A stretch of DNA of 64,000 nucleotides, taken from NCBI GenBank assembly GCA_907165135.1, contig OU015570.1, forward strand, positions 1,364,001-1,428,000, written 5' to 3'. The stretch is from Oikopleura dioica (lineage: Eukaryota > Animalia > Chordata). Positions 61,216 to 64,000 of this stretch are shown piece after piece; position 1 is the first letter of the stretch, and each line of letters begins with the position of its first letter. Below the pieces are notes generated by a model. The model was not told where the DNA came from. It searched no databases and saw only the letters and a list, made by a program, of their open reading frames with translations. The translations under genes and the position numbers were made by a program.

Positions 61216-61395
61216 CCCGTCAATTCGGCCAACAGACGCATCGACGAAAGTGTCGTAGTTTCTAAAAAGTATTTTTAGTTATGGATGAGTGAACGCGGAT
61301 TCGAAGATCAAACAACGCGAGATTGGCATTTGAAATTACTGTCATCAGAAATTTAGAAAATCAGTGGTATTTTAAGCTCTCAAAATAAATTAAGA

Positions 61396-62745
61396 ATGGC
61401 AGAAAAAGGAGTCCCTCAAATGGACACCGATCGACCGGGAAGTTTTCTCGACATTAACGCGAAAGGAAACGAAAGCCAGCCGCGAAATATGTTTGGCAAT
61501 GAATCCCGGTTGATGTCAGCCAGCCAATCACGCGCTGCCATTCAGGCAGACATCGAGGATAACAGCCGCGAGGCAGTTATAAATTTACGGATTGGAGTGC
61601 GTCTGAACAAGTTCATCGACATCCTGAAAAACGTGAAGGAATTCAAGCTAAACGAAAACGACAGAGAAGTCGCGGCGTTTTTGACTAGCTTGGAGGCGAC
61701 AGTGAAAAACGTTGCCGCGGGGGAAGAAAACGCGCTGTTCCTCGAGGAAGAGGTAATAATAACCAACAAATTAAAAAAAGCTTACTTGATAATTTCAGAG
61801 ATGGAATAAGCAGCTCTCCGTTGCCTTTCGCTTGCTGACATTGCGCGCGTCGAGGTAAGTGTTTCTGAAATAAGTACGTCAAATTCAGAAATAGGAGTTG
61901 AGGTAACTAGAATGATCCAAAATTTAGGGATTTACTCACCGCGTGGCTAGAGGCACCGAACCGCGTCAATATGTACTGCTCTCACCTGTACGTGGAAACG
62001 GACCCGTTTAGTCCCAGGAACAGCGGGTTCAGGATTCGTTTAGCTCGCGTGGAAGGTGGTTCGGCTGGTCTGAAAAAGCTTATTGCTCAAACAATGGCTG
62101 AAGTTAGTCCTGAGGACATCGTGGACCACGCTTTATACTGCGGAAAACAGCTCTTGGGCGCGATCGCACCGTCATGGGTAAGTGAACAGTTGATATTTAT
62201 CAGCCGGCCGCGTCAGATGTTATGAATCGGTCGAGCGCCCGGGGAAGATATGTCACGCGTGATAGAGTTTTAAGATCGACCCGCCGCTGAGCGGAACGCC
62301 GAGCGAAGACGAAATCGCGGAATGGGTGGCCAGAGTCAACCAGGAAACGATCAAAACGCGAGAGGGGGCCTTGGAATTCATAAGCCAGCTCGAAGGGATG
62401 AAAAACTGGTCTATTGATCAGACGATCTCCTACCTGAGGAATTGGTCGGAGAAGGCGAAGCTCACCAACGTCTTCGCGCTGGACCACCAAAGCGAAACGC
62501 CCATCATAACGATCCAGAATAACGGAGAACTTAGAGCTTTGGGAATACGATGGAGCCAGGAAAATAACCGTTACCAGGTGGAGCGCGTGAGAAAGCCCAA
62601 CTGGTGCTACAATTGGCGCGTAGTAACGGAAGGCCGGAACTTGGGCGAAGCAGACGGAGGTTTCCGCCCACCAAACGCGTACAAACGACCAGCTCCTTCG
62701 CGACCCGGCTACGGAAAACGCGGTAGAGGTGGAATGCGCCGCTAA
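61396..62745 (+). CDS. 3' sense gene of element C: four exon-like segments, RG-rich C-terminus
   Basis: ATG at 61396; 46-nt intron 61753-61798 and further GTAAGT donors; homolog in D conserves motifs and intron position; stop lies 20 bp before the PPT. Confidence 0.8.
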
Positions 62746-63161
62746 AGGTATACACTTCGATAAAATGTGGGGGACGTAATGGTTGGTGTATGTCGGTGCT
62801 ACCAGACGGTTCGCCCCGAGGAAGAGTACACCTACGCGGACCTCGTGTTGAGTACAACTCAGTGCTTTCGCGTTATTCGCGCTGAGCGTACCTAACTCGA
62901 GGTAGAGAAACGGAAGTCCTGTTTTGGGCAAGTAAGAGATTGCCCCGGCTAACAGGTCTTTAGGTTTATCCTGTTCCTGGACCGCAGCTTCCTCCATCTT
63001 CTCCAACGCCGTCCAAGCCGCCGCTGTGATCGCCAAAGTCGTCACCGTGGTCGCACGCGTTTTACCTGAGAAGGTGGTTAACTGCTGTACAGAATAAACC
63101 AGTTTCGTAACGCCAGTTCTGGTCACGAGAGTGTTGATATTGCAGGTTTCGCAGGGGTAAA

Positions 63162-63953
63162 TTACGCAGAGAGATGAAGAGAGAAGTCATCGAGCAAGGT
63201 AAGGTAGTGGAGGAGTTTGTCTCCAACTGTGAGCTCGATGAGATCGACAAAAACTTTTGTATAGCATGCGTGAGAAGGTTTAAATGAAACGATGTCCTTT
63301 TTAGACTTAAATCTAGATGGCTGGACTATATTACAGTAGAGGCAGCCTCCAACTGCTTCTGCGATCGCTTGTGTCTTGTTTTCCAGCCAGATTGGCTCTG
63401 TTTTGAGCTTCTCTTCGATCGGTGCCTTGCCTGAATGGGCTGTGGCCACATGGTAAAAATTGACAAAATCCTTCGTGAGGGATTTTGGAATGATCGCGAG
63501 AAGATCACCTCTTTTAGTCGAGCGATATAGTAAGCCGTTATGCAATCTGAAAATAGTTTTGTCGATAGTCACTGATGATTTTTTGTGAAGCTTCTCACGA
63601 ATTTTCGAAAATTTATCAGACATCATCTGATGTTTTTTGATGGTTTCAATATCCACCACTGGTCGTTGTTGGCGGAAAATTTGTGTATTGAGCTGATTGA
63701 GAGTTTTATGCTCTTTAGTTATATTTTCAGGGTCAAAGAACCTTTTCTTGACCTTTCCGATTTCAAGGACAGGTAACCTGGAGAGTGCATCGGCGACCCC
63801 TATGAGCGGGTGCTCGCCTGGGATATAATGGACCGTACAAAGCGGATATTCAAGAAGCCTAGAAAAAGCAAGTCGCACTCTGCTGCTACCGGAGGTCTTC
63901 AGTTTGCACGAGTGCTTGGCACCTTCCAGGGACTTATGATCGCAAAGAAGCAT
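63162..63953 (-). pseudogene. pol: RNase H C-terminus and integrase N-terminus of the gypsy element (continues off right edge)
   Basis: LCDHKSL...VHYIPG...VADALSR (RNase H); H-x4-H...C-x2-C zinc-binding motif; VFVDL (first catalytic Asp). Confidence 0.95.
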
Positions 63954-64000
63954 AAATGGTCGGTCTTTTGGGATAAGATCCTCAAAAGCCTTAAGGCAAT

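Larger units (their letters stand above)
57402..63166 (+). mobile_element. Element C: 5765-bp LTR-bounded element without recognisable pol, inserted in integrase
   Basis: 392-bp direct repeats 57402-57793 and 62775-63166 (one substitution seen), ends CGTAAT...ATTACG, AATAAA at 57720; PBS TGGTGACTGAAG 57794-57805; PPT TGTGGGGGA 62766-62774; CAG duplicated at flanks; excision restores integrase DDFSLHLSVRRVMSKK. Confidence 0.93.

Noticed and set aside
1-64000. rRNA or tRNA genes
   Set aside because: No conserved rRNA segments or tRNA A/B-box cloverleaf found by eye; tRNAscan-SE was not run.

Overview
AT-rich (~40% GC by eye) eukaryotic DNA that is almost entirely nested mobile elements and gene fragments. 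The 37-46 nt GT-AG introns and an env-bearing Ty3/gypsy element suggest a larvacean tunicate (Oikopleura-like); this is inference. Main contents: (i) two gag-only/truncated LTR elements with a tRNA-Leu-type PBS whose leaders carry arrays of structured ~110-nt modules; (ii) many TA-TSD (Tc1/mariner-like) and 8-bp-TSD (hAT-like) non-autonomous DNA elements; (iii) the 3' half of an env-bearing gypsy element on the minus strand, running off the right edge; (iv) the best candidate for a new system: three related elements, here called B (26231-44044), C (57402-63166) and D (split remnant around B). B and C have near-identical LTRs, the same 12-nt PBS (TGGTGACTGAAG) and a G-rich PPT, but no recognisable RT, RNase H or integrase. 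They carry intron-containing genes of unknown family on both strands, with motifs shared between elements. C sits inside the integrase of the gypsy element. B sits exactly at a splice donor of D and carries intron-retaining fragments of CaMKII, DRG2, RPRD2-like and Ulp1-like genes. All protein assignments are by eye, with no database search. Coordinates marked ~ are approximate.
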